A stretch of 43,602 bases of DNA from positions 449,562,001-449,605,602 of the forward strand of contig CM097882.1 of the NCBI GenBank assembly GCA_044892505.1, given 5' to 3'. This DNA is from Schmidtea nova (taxonomy: Eukaryota). The position numbers were made by a program, and so were the translations under genes. How positions within the stretch are numbered: the first letter of the stretch is position 1; every line of letters starts with the position of its first letter. Below are positions 1 to 10,282 of this stretch, piece after piece. The notes beneath the pieces are model-generated. The model had not been told where the DNA came from. It worked only from the letters and a program-made list of their open reading frames with translations, and ran no database searches.

Positions 1-869
1 TAGTGACTGATCGGATTTAAATCATACCAGCTGTTCCTGGTATAATTGCAATTACTTTTCCTGATTGCCGTGAATTCACTGGAAAAACTTGATCTTGCAA
101 TTTTAGTAAAGTATTCATGTTACACTTACGGATATATGGTATCGATATCATAATCAGACCTTTATTCAAGCATTCTCATTCTGGCAATTTCCTTCAACCC
201 ATTTATTTCATCAAACGCCGATTAAAACAACATACTCTCATGCAGTCACGGTTCGCAGGTTTCATGCAGACTAGTTCCTCATTACTGTGAGGTACCCAAT
301 TTGTCATTCACACCTCATCAGAGTTGCATCCTCATTTATTGTTCAAACATACCTCATTCCAGATCTACACTGTTGGGTCTATTGTGCTGTTTGTTCAACA
401 TGTGTTCTCTTTACCTCCGGAGTGTCCCTTTTACTCAAAAAAATGTGAAAACCGAGGTCTATTTTTATACTCATTGATGAATTTATACGAATTTGCCCTA
501 ATCGGGGATGGGTTAATTTATGTCGAGCAAACCCAAAAATATTCTCTTTCTAGCCCCTTTAGTGCACTGTTCTGATGTCACTAATGATGCTGATTCATGC
601 TCCTCAAATTCTACGGTTAATTCCTATATCCAAAAATCTGTCTCGATACGCTGGATACCAGTCGCTTTCTCTGTCGGATTACTTTTTAATCTACCAAATA
701 CATTCTTGTCAATGTATCACAAACCTCACCGAGAAAAGTTTTGCCAAGAACAATGAGATTTTCAGAATTCAAGAGATTACATGGCCTATCCCATCCTGGA
801 CCAAAACCAACGTTAAAATTGAACCAATTAAATGCTGTGATGATATTGATATATGTGAGCTCATTCCAG

Positions 870-1440
870 AAATTGATGATGAGTGTAACCATAGAACTCT
901 AACTACTGAAGACAAATTTAAACAATCTTATTTTAATAAATAAATCGACTTTGTGAAAGGTTCATTTGCAAGAACGATTTGAATCGTATAATTCTTTAAA
1001 TGAAATTTTTGGTTTTCTCTTGATAATAAGAAGCTATGAACTAGGAATACAAATGAATTCAATACTTATTGTACAAATCTGGTCAATATTGAAGAGGTGG
1101 AATCTAAAACTGAACTTTCTATTTTAAGATTTATTTCAGAAGATAATTATACTATTATGGAGAATTTGGAATTCATTTTAGAAAGGAGTTTGGAAGAATT
1201 ATATCCAAATGTGTGTATGGTATATCGAATAATTTTAACAATGCCCATTACCGTTGCTCAGTGTAAACGATCGTTTTCAAAACTAAAATTAATTGAAAAT
1301 TATCTACGGTCTACAATGTCACAGAAAAGACTTTCTGGATTAGCAATACTGCCGGGTGAAAATGCAACAGCCAGATCAATTGATTACAATGATATAATTA
1401 ATGAATTTCTCAGCAAGAGCCAGAAAAATTGCTTTATAAA
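870..1440 (+). pseudogene. hAT transposase C-terminal remnant (ZMYM1-like group, dimerisation domain)
   Basis: ORF 1097-1498 contains YPNVCMVYRIILTMPITVAQCKRSFSKLKLIENYLRSTMSQKRLSGLAIL, the hAT dimerisation motif. Broken upstream frames read EDKFKQSYFNK*IDF..QERFES...FGFL. Confidence 0.85.
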
Positions 1441-1600
1441 TTTTTTTGTATGGGCATTTTTTTTACCTATATTATTTGTTATATATGTTAATTTATAATG
1501 AATAAAGATATTAACGTATATTAAAGTATATTAACGAAAAATAAAATTGATGAAGGTTGTAGGATTGTATTATTATAATCATTTCTAAATATACCCTATA

Positions 1601-2493
1601 ATGAATCAAATTGAAAAAGAAGAACTGATTATCAAAATGAACAACGACGAATTTAGAAGTTATTTGTTTGAAAAAGAATTAATCAAACGAGTGATGCATT
1701 GCTATGGAACTTGTAAGAGTCCGATGAAGTTGATTAACTGCAAAAATTATACTGATGACAAAGTATGGAGGTGCATGAACTCTGAATGTTCTTTATACAG
1801 GAAGAGAAAATCAATCAGAGATGGTTCGTTTTTCGCTGAGTTCGGAAAAGATATCAAAAAAATGATTAAAATTATATTAAGATATGTTGGTAAACAATCA
1901 AGAGCCATTATTCTTGAGACTATTAGCACATCAAAACCAACGCTTACTAATTTTTTTGACAAACTTATAGAAAAGATGAAGATAAAAAATTCGGAATTAA
2001 GAAAACTGGGAGGTGGTGAAACTGTAGTTCAAATAGATGAAACTATGTTGAACTACAAATGCAAAAGTCATCGTGGTAGAAGTACAGAAAACCTAACTGA
2101 TGCTATATGCATAGTTGGGTGTGCCCCGCACATCACTAAAGCGTGAGCACAAACAATACCAAATAAAAGATCAGATACTTTGTTAAAAATTATATGTGAC
2201 CATGTTGTGGAATCTTCAACAATTCATACTGATGAACATCGCAGTTATAACGCGCTTTCAGATCGAGGGTTTATACAGAGAAGTGTTTGTCATAAATATA
2301 ATTTTGTTGATCATATCACTGGAGTGCACACTCAGCATGTTGAATCATTTAATAATCTTCTAAAAATGAAATTAATTCAAGAAAAGGAATTTTAACTGAT
2401 AAACGTGAAAGTTTCTTGACTGAGTTTATTTTTTTATTTAATCATAAAAATAATTTATTAGAGGAGATTTTTGAATTAATAAAATGCAATTGA
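1601..2493 (+). pseudogene. Merlin/ISXO2-like DDE transposase (stop at 2144, frameshift ~2370)
   Basis: N-terminal Cys zinc ribbon, then GGGETVVQIDET, KSHRGR, IHTDEHRSYNAL and HKYNFVDHITGVHTQHVESFNN. Confidence 0.9.
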
Positions 2494-2507
2494 TTCCCAA
2501 GTATTTA

Positions 2508-2627
2508 TGTTAGAATATGCGTATATATATTTGAAATTAATTAAAAGATTGATAACAAATATAGTTTGTTTTATTAAATAAATTTACGATCAACGTGAAC
2601 TTTTTGAAATTAGATATTGCGATAACA
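2508..2627 (+). repeat. 5' LTR (120 bp)
   Basis: TGTTAG...ATAACA; matches 6293-6417 except at one local change. Confidence 0.95.
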
Positions 2628-2629
2628 AT

Positions 2630-2644
2630 TGGCGACGAGGATGG
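2630..2644 (+). promoter_or_regulatory. Primer-binding site, tRNA-Ser(GCT) type
   Basis: TGGCGACGAGGATGG lies 2 nt after the LTR and is complementary to the 3' end of eukaryotic tRNA-Ser(GCT). Confidence 0.85.
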
Positions 2645-5600
2645 AGAAAATTCAATTACAAGATCCAGATACAATCGAAGACTGGTTCGATAGACTAGAG
2701 CTGTTAATGGCAACAGACAAGAAGTATACGAGTGCAAATGCAACCGCACATTTGCTCACATTTGCTGGAGCAGAGACTTACAGTTTAGTCAAGCAGTTAG
2801 CCTTTCCAAAAAAACCAAAAGATCTGTCAACAGAAGAAATCAAGAAGTTGATAATAAGACATGTTGTACCAGTTAATTTAGAAATCACAGAGAGGAGCAA
2901 GTTTCACAGTTTGATAAAGGAATCAAACGAGAGCAACAAACAGTTTTTGCTCAAGGTTCAAGCTCAAGCGGCAAGATGCAATTTTGGAGATCAGATGGAG
3001 ATACAAATGAGAGACAGAATCATCGCCGGAATTAATAATACCGTTTTAAAGAAAAAGCTTTTGGAAGTCGATGACACTTCATACCAGAATATACGCGAGA
3101 TCGTAGAGAAATCAGAAGACTTGGATCGCGCCATGGCGAATGAAACCAATTGTCTATATTCGAAGAGAAATTATTCCGATAGGCTAGGCCAGAATTCAAA
3201 GCCTAAGGATAATATGAAACAGAAAGGATCAGCAAACATGAGCTGCTTCTCATGTGGTGGTCCACATCTCAGAAACAATTGCAAGTTTCGCAGTTCCAAG
3301 TGTTACAACTGCAACAAGATTGGTCACACATCCAAAGTCTGTAGAGCTCAAAAACGAAAAGAGTCACTTCAAAGCAACTATGTGAAGTATAACGAAGATG
3401 TCAGCACAAGTGAACAGTTAGCACTGTGGTCAGGTTCAAGCCAATTAATTCAAGTTTTAGATTTTGGAGAAAGAAAAGTAGAATTCATTATCGATACGGG
3501 GTCGGTAGTTTCATTTATGCCATTGAAATTAGCCAAAGAAATTGACAAGAAGTTTAAGTTAATCAATTGTGATATGATAGTGAAAGGAGTTACGGGTGAC
3601 AAACTAGAAATACTTGGAGAATCTTCAATGACAATAAGACATGATGATAATTTAATTACTGTTAAGTTTATCATTACAAGAAACAGTCCTTGCATCTTAG
3701 GGCTCAGAGACATCAGAAAATTAAGAGAAACAATCGTGTTGCAAACAGAGCTGGAAACAGATTTCAAAACATTGATAAAACAATGTGGTCAGAATAAAGG
3801 TGGATTCAAGACGGATCCTGTGAATTTTGAATTAATGTCAGACGCAGTACCGATATTTGAAAAAGTAAGACATTTGCCATATGGAACTCGAGAGGGTGTG
3901 AAGAACGCACTTGAAGAACTAGAAAGAAACGATATCATTTACAAAGTGGAATCTAGTGCATGGGCAACACCTATGGTTGTCGTAAGTAAGAGCAATGGTA
4001 AATTTAGATTATGTGGTGACTATAAAGTCACTGTGAATAAATTTCTTAAGCAGCCAGCATCAGTTACTTCACAGCCGGAGGATATATTTGAAAAGACGAC
4101 TGGTGCTAAGTATTTTAGCAAAATCGACTTGAAGGACGCATTCCTGCAGCTACCGATTTCAAAAGAAACACAAGAACTTACAACGTTGCACACGATGTGG
4201 GGATTATACTCCTATAAATATCTACCGTTTGGATTGAAGAATTCTCCCGGTTTGTTTCAAATGACAATAAACGGAATTATAGAAGGGTTACGAGATTGCT
4301 ATGCATATCAAGATGACATATTAGTATTCGGTGCAACAGAAAAAGAACACGACAAGAATCTTTATCAGTTACTGCAAAGATTTATGAAGTACAATGTGAA
4401 GATTAATGTAGACAAATGTATCACGAAAGTCAAAACATTACCATTTCTGGGATACATCATATCTGAAGACGGAATTATTCCAGATGAAATGAAGTATAAC
4501 CCGATAGCTGAAGCACCGGATCCCAAATCTCAAGAAGAATTGCGATCATTGCTAGGATGTCTACAATATTATAGCAGATTTATAAAAGACTTTGCCGATA
4601 AGACAAGAAAGCTACAATCGATATTAAATGACTCTGAATTTAGATGGAGCTCGGAGAACTCAGAATCGCTCAGATCGATTATTTCAGAAATAGTGAAGGC
4701 TAAGCCACTGAAGCCGTTTAGGCAGGAATCAAAGATTGAATTGATAGTGGACGCTTCTGAGTTTGCTATTGGAGGAGTACTAGAACAAGAAGGCTGTCCG
4801 GTCTATTTTATATCTAGGAAATTAACCAAAACGGAAGCAAACTACTCTCAAACTCAAAAGGAAGCTTTAGCCATCGTATGGGCTGTGGACAGATTACACA
4901 AGTTCTTATTTTGTAGACCATTTGTTATAATAACTGACCATGTCGCATTAAAGTACATTTTCGACAGTGGCTCATCGGCTGCCAAGGCAACCTCAGCCAT
5001 GTTGCAAAGATGGGCGCCAAAGCTTAGTGCGTATAATTATGAGATCATTCATCGAAAAGGTAAAGACATCCCACAAGCAGATTACCTGTCTCGATATTCA
5101 ATGCTCGGTGAGGCAATTCAATCAGATTGTTTATTTATCCAGTCACTCCCAATACCAAGAGACAGTCTAATTGAGGAATCTCGAAGAGTCTATGGGCCGA
5201 TTTTCAAGGCGGTCAGAAATGGGTGGAACACGAGTCACAAAAAGAAATTTCCTGAGCTATACTTAAAGCGAGATGAGATATCCATTGCGGCAGATGGAAT
5301 CATTTGTTGGAAAGAACGTAGTCTCATACCACCAAGTCTACGAGAAGAAATGATTAAGCATCTACATTCCGGACATATCGGCTACGACAAAATGATTTCG
5401 TTGGCCAGACTCATATGTTGGTGGCCAAATATTGACTCAGATGTCAGACAATTTACTAAAAATTGCACAAATTGCATCACGAACAAAGTCAATACGCATC
5501 CTGATTGGAGTCCTTGGCCCATAGCCTATCAAGTGTGGCAAAGAATACATGTGGACTATTGTGGTCCATTCTTAAGTAAATATTATGCTTTAATAATAAT

Positions 5601-6354
5601 AGATGCTCATTCAAAGTGGCCGGAAGTATTTTTTACAACCTCTGCAAACGCGGATTTTACGATAGTGGCATTGAGAAAATGTTTCTCGAGAGAAGGAATA
5701 CCGCAAGTATTCGTCTCAGATAATGGCACACGCTTCATTGCAGAGAAGGTATCTAGTTGGTTAAAGAGTATTGGTACATCTCAAGTGTTTACTCCTCCGA
5801 GACATCCACAGTCTAATGGTCTGGCCGAAAACTTCGTTAAATCTCTCAAAACGGCTATTTTAACAGCTCAGAAAGCAACGAAAGAGGAATTAGATGAAGC
5901 GGTAGACACATTTTTATTATCTTATCGTAACTCACAGCATGCAACGACAAAACACCGACCTTCTGAACTATTCAAGAAAAGAATACTACGCCATCCTATG
6001 ATCGAGCCGGCGAAAGTCCTATTCTGCAAAGGCACGATGCAGGACATCCAGCATGGAATCATTATGGACAACAGTTCAAAGAAAATTGTAAAGGTATTAG
6101 ATACGACAGACGGAAGCGTTCACAGGCGTCATGTTGATCAGATAGTATTGGAACCAAAGAAAAAATATTTCAATGAGTCAGCAAGTCAAATATCACGAGA
6201 CAGTGAGGACACGGATAGAGCTAGTGACGGTACAGGAAATAATGATCAAACCGAATACAGGATAGCGTCAGACGAGAAAATAAAGGAGAAGGTGTTAGAA
6301 TATGCGTATATATATTTGAAATTAATTAAAAGATTGAAATTAATTAAAATATAG
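2641..6354 (+). CDS. Gag-Pol polyprotein (2 CCHC knuckles, protease, RT, RNase H, integrase)
   Basis: CFSCGGPHLRNNC, CYNCNKIGHTSKVC, IIDTGS, YQDD, VDAS...ITDH, HSGH..CTNC, HVDY/VSDNG/LAEN. The frame is uninterrupted; first ATG is 2641 (the track starts at an upstream TTG). Confidence 0.95.
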   Translation: MEKIQLQDPDTIEDWFDRLELLMATDKKYTSANATAHLLTFAGAETYSLVKQLAFPKKPKDLSTEEIKKLIIRHVVPVNLEITERSKFHSLIKESNESNKQFLLKVQAQAARCNFGDQMEIQMRDRIIAGINNTVLKKKLLEVDDTSYQNIREIVEKSEDLDRAMANETNCLYSKRNYSDRLGQNSKPKDNMKQKGSANMSCFSCGGPHLRNNCKFRSSKCYNCNKIGHTSKVCRAQKRKESLQSNYVKYNEDVSTSEQLALWSGSSQLIQVLDFGERKVEFIIDTGSVVSFMPLKLAKEIDKKFKLINCDMIVKGVTGDKLEILGESSMTIRHDDNLITVKFIITRNSPCILGLRDIRKLRETIVLQTELETDFKTLIKQCGQNKGGFKTDPVNFELMSDAVPIFEKVRHLPYGTREGVKNALEELERNDIIYKVESSAWATPMVVVSKSNGKFRLCGDYKVTVNKFLKQPASVTSQPEDIFEKTTGAKYFSKIDLKDAFLQLPISKETQELTTLHTMWGLYSYKYLPFGLKNSPGLFQMTINGIIEGLRDCYAYQDDILVFGATEKEHDKNLYQLLQRFMKYNVKINVDKCITKVKTLPFLGYIISEDGIIPDEMKYNPIAEAPDPKSQEELRSLLGCLQYYSRFIKDFADKTRKLQSILNDSEFRWSSENSESLRSIISEIVKAKPLKPFRQESKIELIVDASEFAIGGVLEQEGCPVYFISRKLTKTEANYSQTQKEALAIVWAVDRLHKFLFCRPFVIITDHVALKYIFDSGSSAAKATSAMLQRWAPKLSAYNYEIIHRKGKDIPQADYLSRYSMLGEAIQSDCLFIQSLPIPRDSLIEESRRVYGPIFKAVRNGWNTSHKKKFPELYLKRDEISIAADGIICWKERSLIPPSLREEMIKHLHSGHIGYDKMISLARLICWWPNIDSDVRQFTKNCTNCITNKVNTHPDWSPWPIAYQVWQRIHVDYCGPFLSKYYALIIIDAHSKWPEVFFTTSANADFTIVALRKCFSREGIPQVFVSDNGTRFIAEKVSSWLKSIGTSQVFTPPRHPQSNGLAENFVKSLKTAILTAQKATKEELDEAVDTFLLSYRNSQHATTKHRPSELFKKRILRHPMIEPAKVLFCKGTMQDIQHGIIMDNSSKKIVKVLDTTDGSVHRRHVDQIVLEPKKKYFNESASQISRDSEDTDRASDGTGNNDQTEYRIASDEKIKEKVLEYAYIYLKLIKRLKLIKI
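6282..6292 (+). promoter_or_regulatory. Polypurine tract
   Basis: AAAGGAGAAGG directly before the 3' LTR. Confidence 0.85.
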
Positions 6355-6417
6355 TTTGTTTTATTAAATAAATTTACGATCAACGTGAACTTTTTGAAAT
6401 TAGATATTGCGATAACA
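6293..6417 (+). repeat. 3' LTR (125 bp)
   Basis: Direct repeat of 2508-2627. Confidence 0.95.
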
Positions 6418-6540
6418 ATTTATGTAGTTTATTTTTTATTTATTTAATAAATATGTAATATATATATATATATATATGATAAAAATTTTTTGGGCATTTT
6501 TTTTACCTGATGTATAAATGGGCATTTTTTTACCTGATCC

Positions 6541-6587
6541 AAAATTTCTATCTGCACAGGGGCCCTGAGAGTTACATCACAGCGCTG
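6541..6587 (+). mobile_element. Probable right end of the outer hAT element
   Basis: GCACAGGGGCCC...AGTTAC...GCGCTG resembles hAT subterminal/TIR ends that terminate in CTG. Confidence 0.45.
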
Positions 6588-7174
6588 ATGATAATAATTA
6601 ATAATAATGATACAATAACAATAATAGTTCTACTAAAAGCTGCTGATTTTAATGATAATCTTAAAAGATGATTAAAATAATGACAAAGCTAATCCACAAT
6701 AATAAGTGTTTTTTGTATATTTCGATGAATAAAAAATGTCCTACCTTTATTTATTATAATATTTTAAAAATAATTAAATACCGAATTTTAAAATTACAAA
6801 AATCAAAAATGTTTTCTTATTGCATTACCATTATTATTAATATAATATAGATCATTTTTAATATTGATGGCTCATAAACTGGCAGTCCGCAACCTAAATG
6901 ATAATGTTTCTAAAAATCAATGTTTCTAACATCTTGCATGGATTAAAACAGAAAAATAAACTTATAGGTGTTTTGTGTCAGCTAAAACATCTGAAATACC
7001 TAATTTCAGATCGAATTGTAACATATAAACTTTACAGAATAATATTGAATACGTACAGCAATTGATATACTTTTAATTGACTATCCCTTTGCAGAGTTAA
7101 AGTTTGCGACCAATACTATAAATTTGTGTCATTTAGGCTATATTTAAATGAGTGTAAAAAATTTCATTAATTAC

Positions 7175-7585
7175 CTTCAATTAATCGTCTTGAAACACTC
7201 AAAAGCAATCCAATTGCCAGCTCGGCAGTGGCGTCAGTCAGCACTCCTGGTGTATAACCGACTCTAATATTTCTTTTGCGAACAGCCGATAAATCTATAT
7301 GATCAAATCCGACCGACATTGTACTAATAACTTTTAGGTTTTCTAAAGATCGTTATGAAAACAAAAATAATTAAACAAAGCGTTATTGCTTGATGAATTA
7401 ATAAAATCATCACTGATTTTATCATTAATAGTGCAAATTATGCCGTCAATATCTTTTGACTTATCAATCATATAGTTATAATCTACTGGTTCACTCGAAT
7501 CCCACATATTAACGATGAAGCCAGCATCTTTAATCATTCGTAAAGCAGTACTTGGAAATTGCCTGGTTATGAAAACTTTTTGCAT
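7175..7585 (-). CDS. GRHPR: Glyoxylate/hydroxypyruvate reductase-like, exons 1-2 only (7585-7390, 7342-7175)
   Basis: [11 protein letters not shown]...[11 protein letters not shown] joined to [56 protein letters not shown], then a GTAATT donor at 7174. Later exons were not found. Confidence 0.85.
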
Positions 7586-8051
7586 TATTATTACTATATT
7601 ATAAATAGAAATATAAAATAAAACAATGTTTATTTAATATTAATAGAAAGCAGTGAATTCAATATTAAAACAAGTATTATTTTAATATTATTTTAATTTA
7701 ACCATTTTCTTAAGTGAGTCATGTGAAACGGAAATGTTTTTGGTAAGAAAGGGTAGTTATTGAGTACAGAATATATAATTTTAAAAATTTTTGTTTAACA
7801 AATGAAGAAAAAATAATCACATTTAGTGTATAAATATTACATCAAATATTACATCAAATGCTAAAATAAATATAATTTAAATTAATAAATCAGTACTTTG
7901 TGTAAATCAGAACTCGTGTGCGAGATTATAAATGGTAACAGAACATATCTGTTAACTTGTGTTTCGAGTTTTTCGGTTTGCCTTTATTTTTGGTTTCTCT
8001 GGCGCGATTTGACCAAATTTTCTTGAGTTAAAAATAGCTGATTATTTACCT

Positions 8052-8152
8052 TTGGTGGGTTGTTGATCGCCTATATGAACTTAACGTTGCTAGGGATGAC
8101 ATCAACACGTAAAAGATTAGTCAAAACCATCTTGTTGCCCGTCACAATGTAA
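8052..8152 (+). repeat. ~100-bp dispersed repeat, copy 1
   Basis: TTGGTGGGTTGTTGA...CATCAACA...TGTTGCCC.TCACAATGTAA is shared with 13146-13250. Confidence 0.7.
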
Positions 8153-8599
8153 CGTTGGATGTGACAAATGGGTGGATATCCGCAAACAGTCAGCGTTGAA
8201 AAAGCGAAACTATGATTGACCGAAGATCTCAGTGGGTTCAAGGGCTACTGGTAGAAGGTTCAAATCCATTTCTCCACGAGTAATCTATAACTGTGTGATA
8301 ATTTTTAAGCGACAATTTAAAATAAACAATCACGACGCAATAATTTGTCTCATAATCTATACTATGTTCTTACTAAGACGAATGATTAAGAGGAAATTCT
8401 AAAGAAAGATACTTCGTTATTTAGTAGATATTCAGGTTCTTTACGAATTTTGTTTCGTTATTGTCCCATCACTCTCAATATCAGGCAATCAATACATTCA
8501 AACTTGCAAATAAACTAAGCAATTACAATACATACAATTAAAATTTTTAATACAATGAACACAAAAATATATTATCAATTTACAAAAATGTTTTCATGT

Positions 8600-10204
8600 A
8601 TCAATCATTAATTGAAAGGTCTATAGTCTCCGCCGAGACTTTTCGGAGTTTCCCAAGGATTCGAGCTTTTTGTTACCGCTTCCGACAAGTGCGCACTACA
8701 TTGCTGTTCGCCATTTCGTTTGGTGATTGTCAACTGGGTTTCTATTTCGTTGGGTTGAGACTGTAAGTAATTCTATCTGTACCGGGAATAATTCCAAGGC
8801 AGGGAATCTAGCTTAAGTGGTGGCATTGCCGACACAATGACGAAATCCACCTTCATTTGCGCGATTTCGGCGTTGCGATTCCGAATAGTTAATTTTAACG
8901 TTCGTATCTGGAGCGCATCTTCGGCTACCTACTCGTGCAGCAACTTTATCTGTTTTCTCATCTTCTCGGTGCCGTCCACGTTCATCCACGTAGCTTCGAT
9001 CTTTCAGCTCCGAGAGCGAAATTTCGTTCCATCATGGTCAGGAGCTCGCGCCAGAAGAGTTTCCTTTCCTCTTCCATCTCAGCAAGGCAGATCAATAATC
9101 GCCTTAGGCTTCTGTTTATTTCTGTCATCTGTTTCATCATCAATTCCATTTTGGCTTTCATTTCTAATTAAATAAATAAAGCATATATCACAATTTTTCA
9201 CGAGTGCCTCTCTTTGTCTTATCCATAGCTCTCATAGTGTCTGCAGCTTTAGTCAAGTTATATCTCGCGTCTTCCATCCATTCATTTCTTGATATCTCTG
9301 TTGTTTCAGGTTTGAAAGTAGATTTACATTCCGTTAATAAATTGTCTTTAATAGTGATGAGCCTGTAGCGCTCTGTTGATTGATATTTATACTGAACTCT
9401 ATTCTAGGTAGAAGTTCATGCCAGTTTCTCTCTTCATACCCACATGCCAATGTCGCTGTAATAAAATCTCTTATCGTTCGTATGGCTCGTTCAGCTAATC
9501 CATTTTATTGGTGCTGATAAAGTGAGCTGAATTCCCGTTTAATTCCAAGTTTCTGTAGTCTCTGTCTTAGAAAATTCCCTTCGAACTTGTGACTTCTATC
9601 TGTTAAAATTCTCTTTGGCTTTTCAAATCGATTGATCCAACTATTAAGTATTGTTTTGAAAATTGTTCATTCGTCTTGCTTTGTGATTGCGGTCAAAGAC
9701 ATCAATTTACGAAACCGGTCCACCCTAACTACCATATATTTTTATGGTGTCTTTCTCCACGTAGATATAATCCATAGCAATCTGTTCTAGGAATTCAGAG
9801 CTACACCTAGTGATAAATATTTCCTTGGTTCAAGTCTGATCGGTCTTTCTCTTAGAGCAGATATCGCAACTTCGTAAACAGAGCTTAATTGTTTCTTGCT
9901 TCTTCAGCCAGTAAAATACCTTCCCCATATAATGGAATAGTTTCTTAACTCCAATACGACATAGCTCTTTATGTAAGGTTGTTGTTAATAAGCCTGCAAA
10001 AGTTTCTGGAACTAACCTTAAAATATTATTGTTCTTTCTACTGTTATTAACTCTCCATAAATTCGTGTATGTTTTACGTTAAATGGGAAACAATTTCTTC
10101 CTTCCTGTGTACATCCATTTTCCAATATTTCTTGGAGCTCTCGGAACCTATCGACCTTCTGCTGTTGCTCCAATACCTTTTCCATAGCTTTTGTTTTTTG
10201 AATA

Positions 10205-10282
<78 letters not shown>

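Larger units (their letters stand above)
2508..6417 (+). mobile_element. Near-intact Ty3/Gypsy LTR retrotransposon (Mag-like), 3910 bp
   Basis: TG..CA LTRs at 2508-2627 and 6293-6417, 5-bp TSD ATTTA (2503-2507 / 6418-6422), PBS, PPT and a single gag-pol ORF. Confidence 0.96.
1451..6540 (+). mobile_element. Merlin (IS1016/IS1595-like) DNA transposon, interrupted by a Gypsy
   Basis: Merlin-type transposase. Motif TGGGCATTTTTTT(T)ACCT occurs at 1451, 6491 and 6519. Right end ...TACCTGATCC reads GG-starting on the reverse strand. A proper left TIR is not seen. Confidence 0.65.

Noticed and set aside
6860-7137. Further GRHPR exons
   Set aside because: Candidate acceptors give stops or non-homologous peptides.
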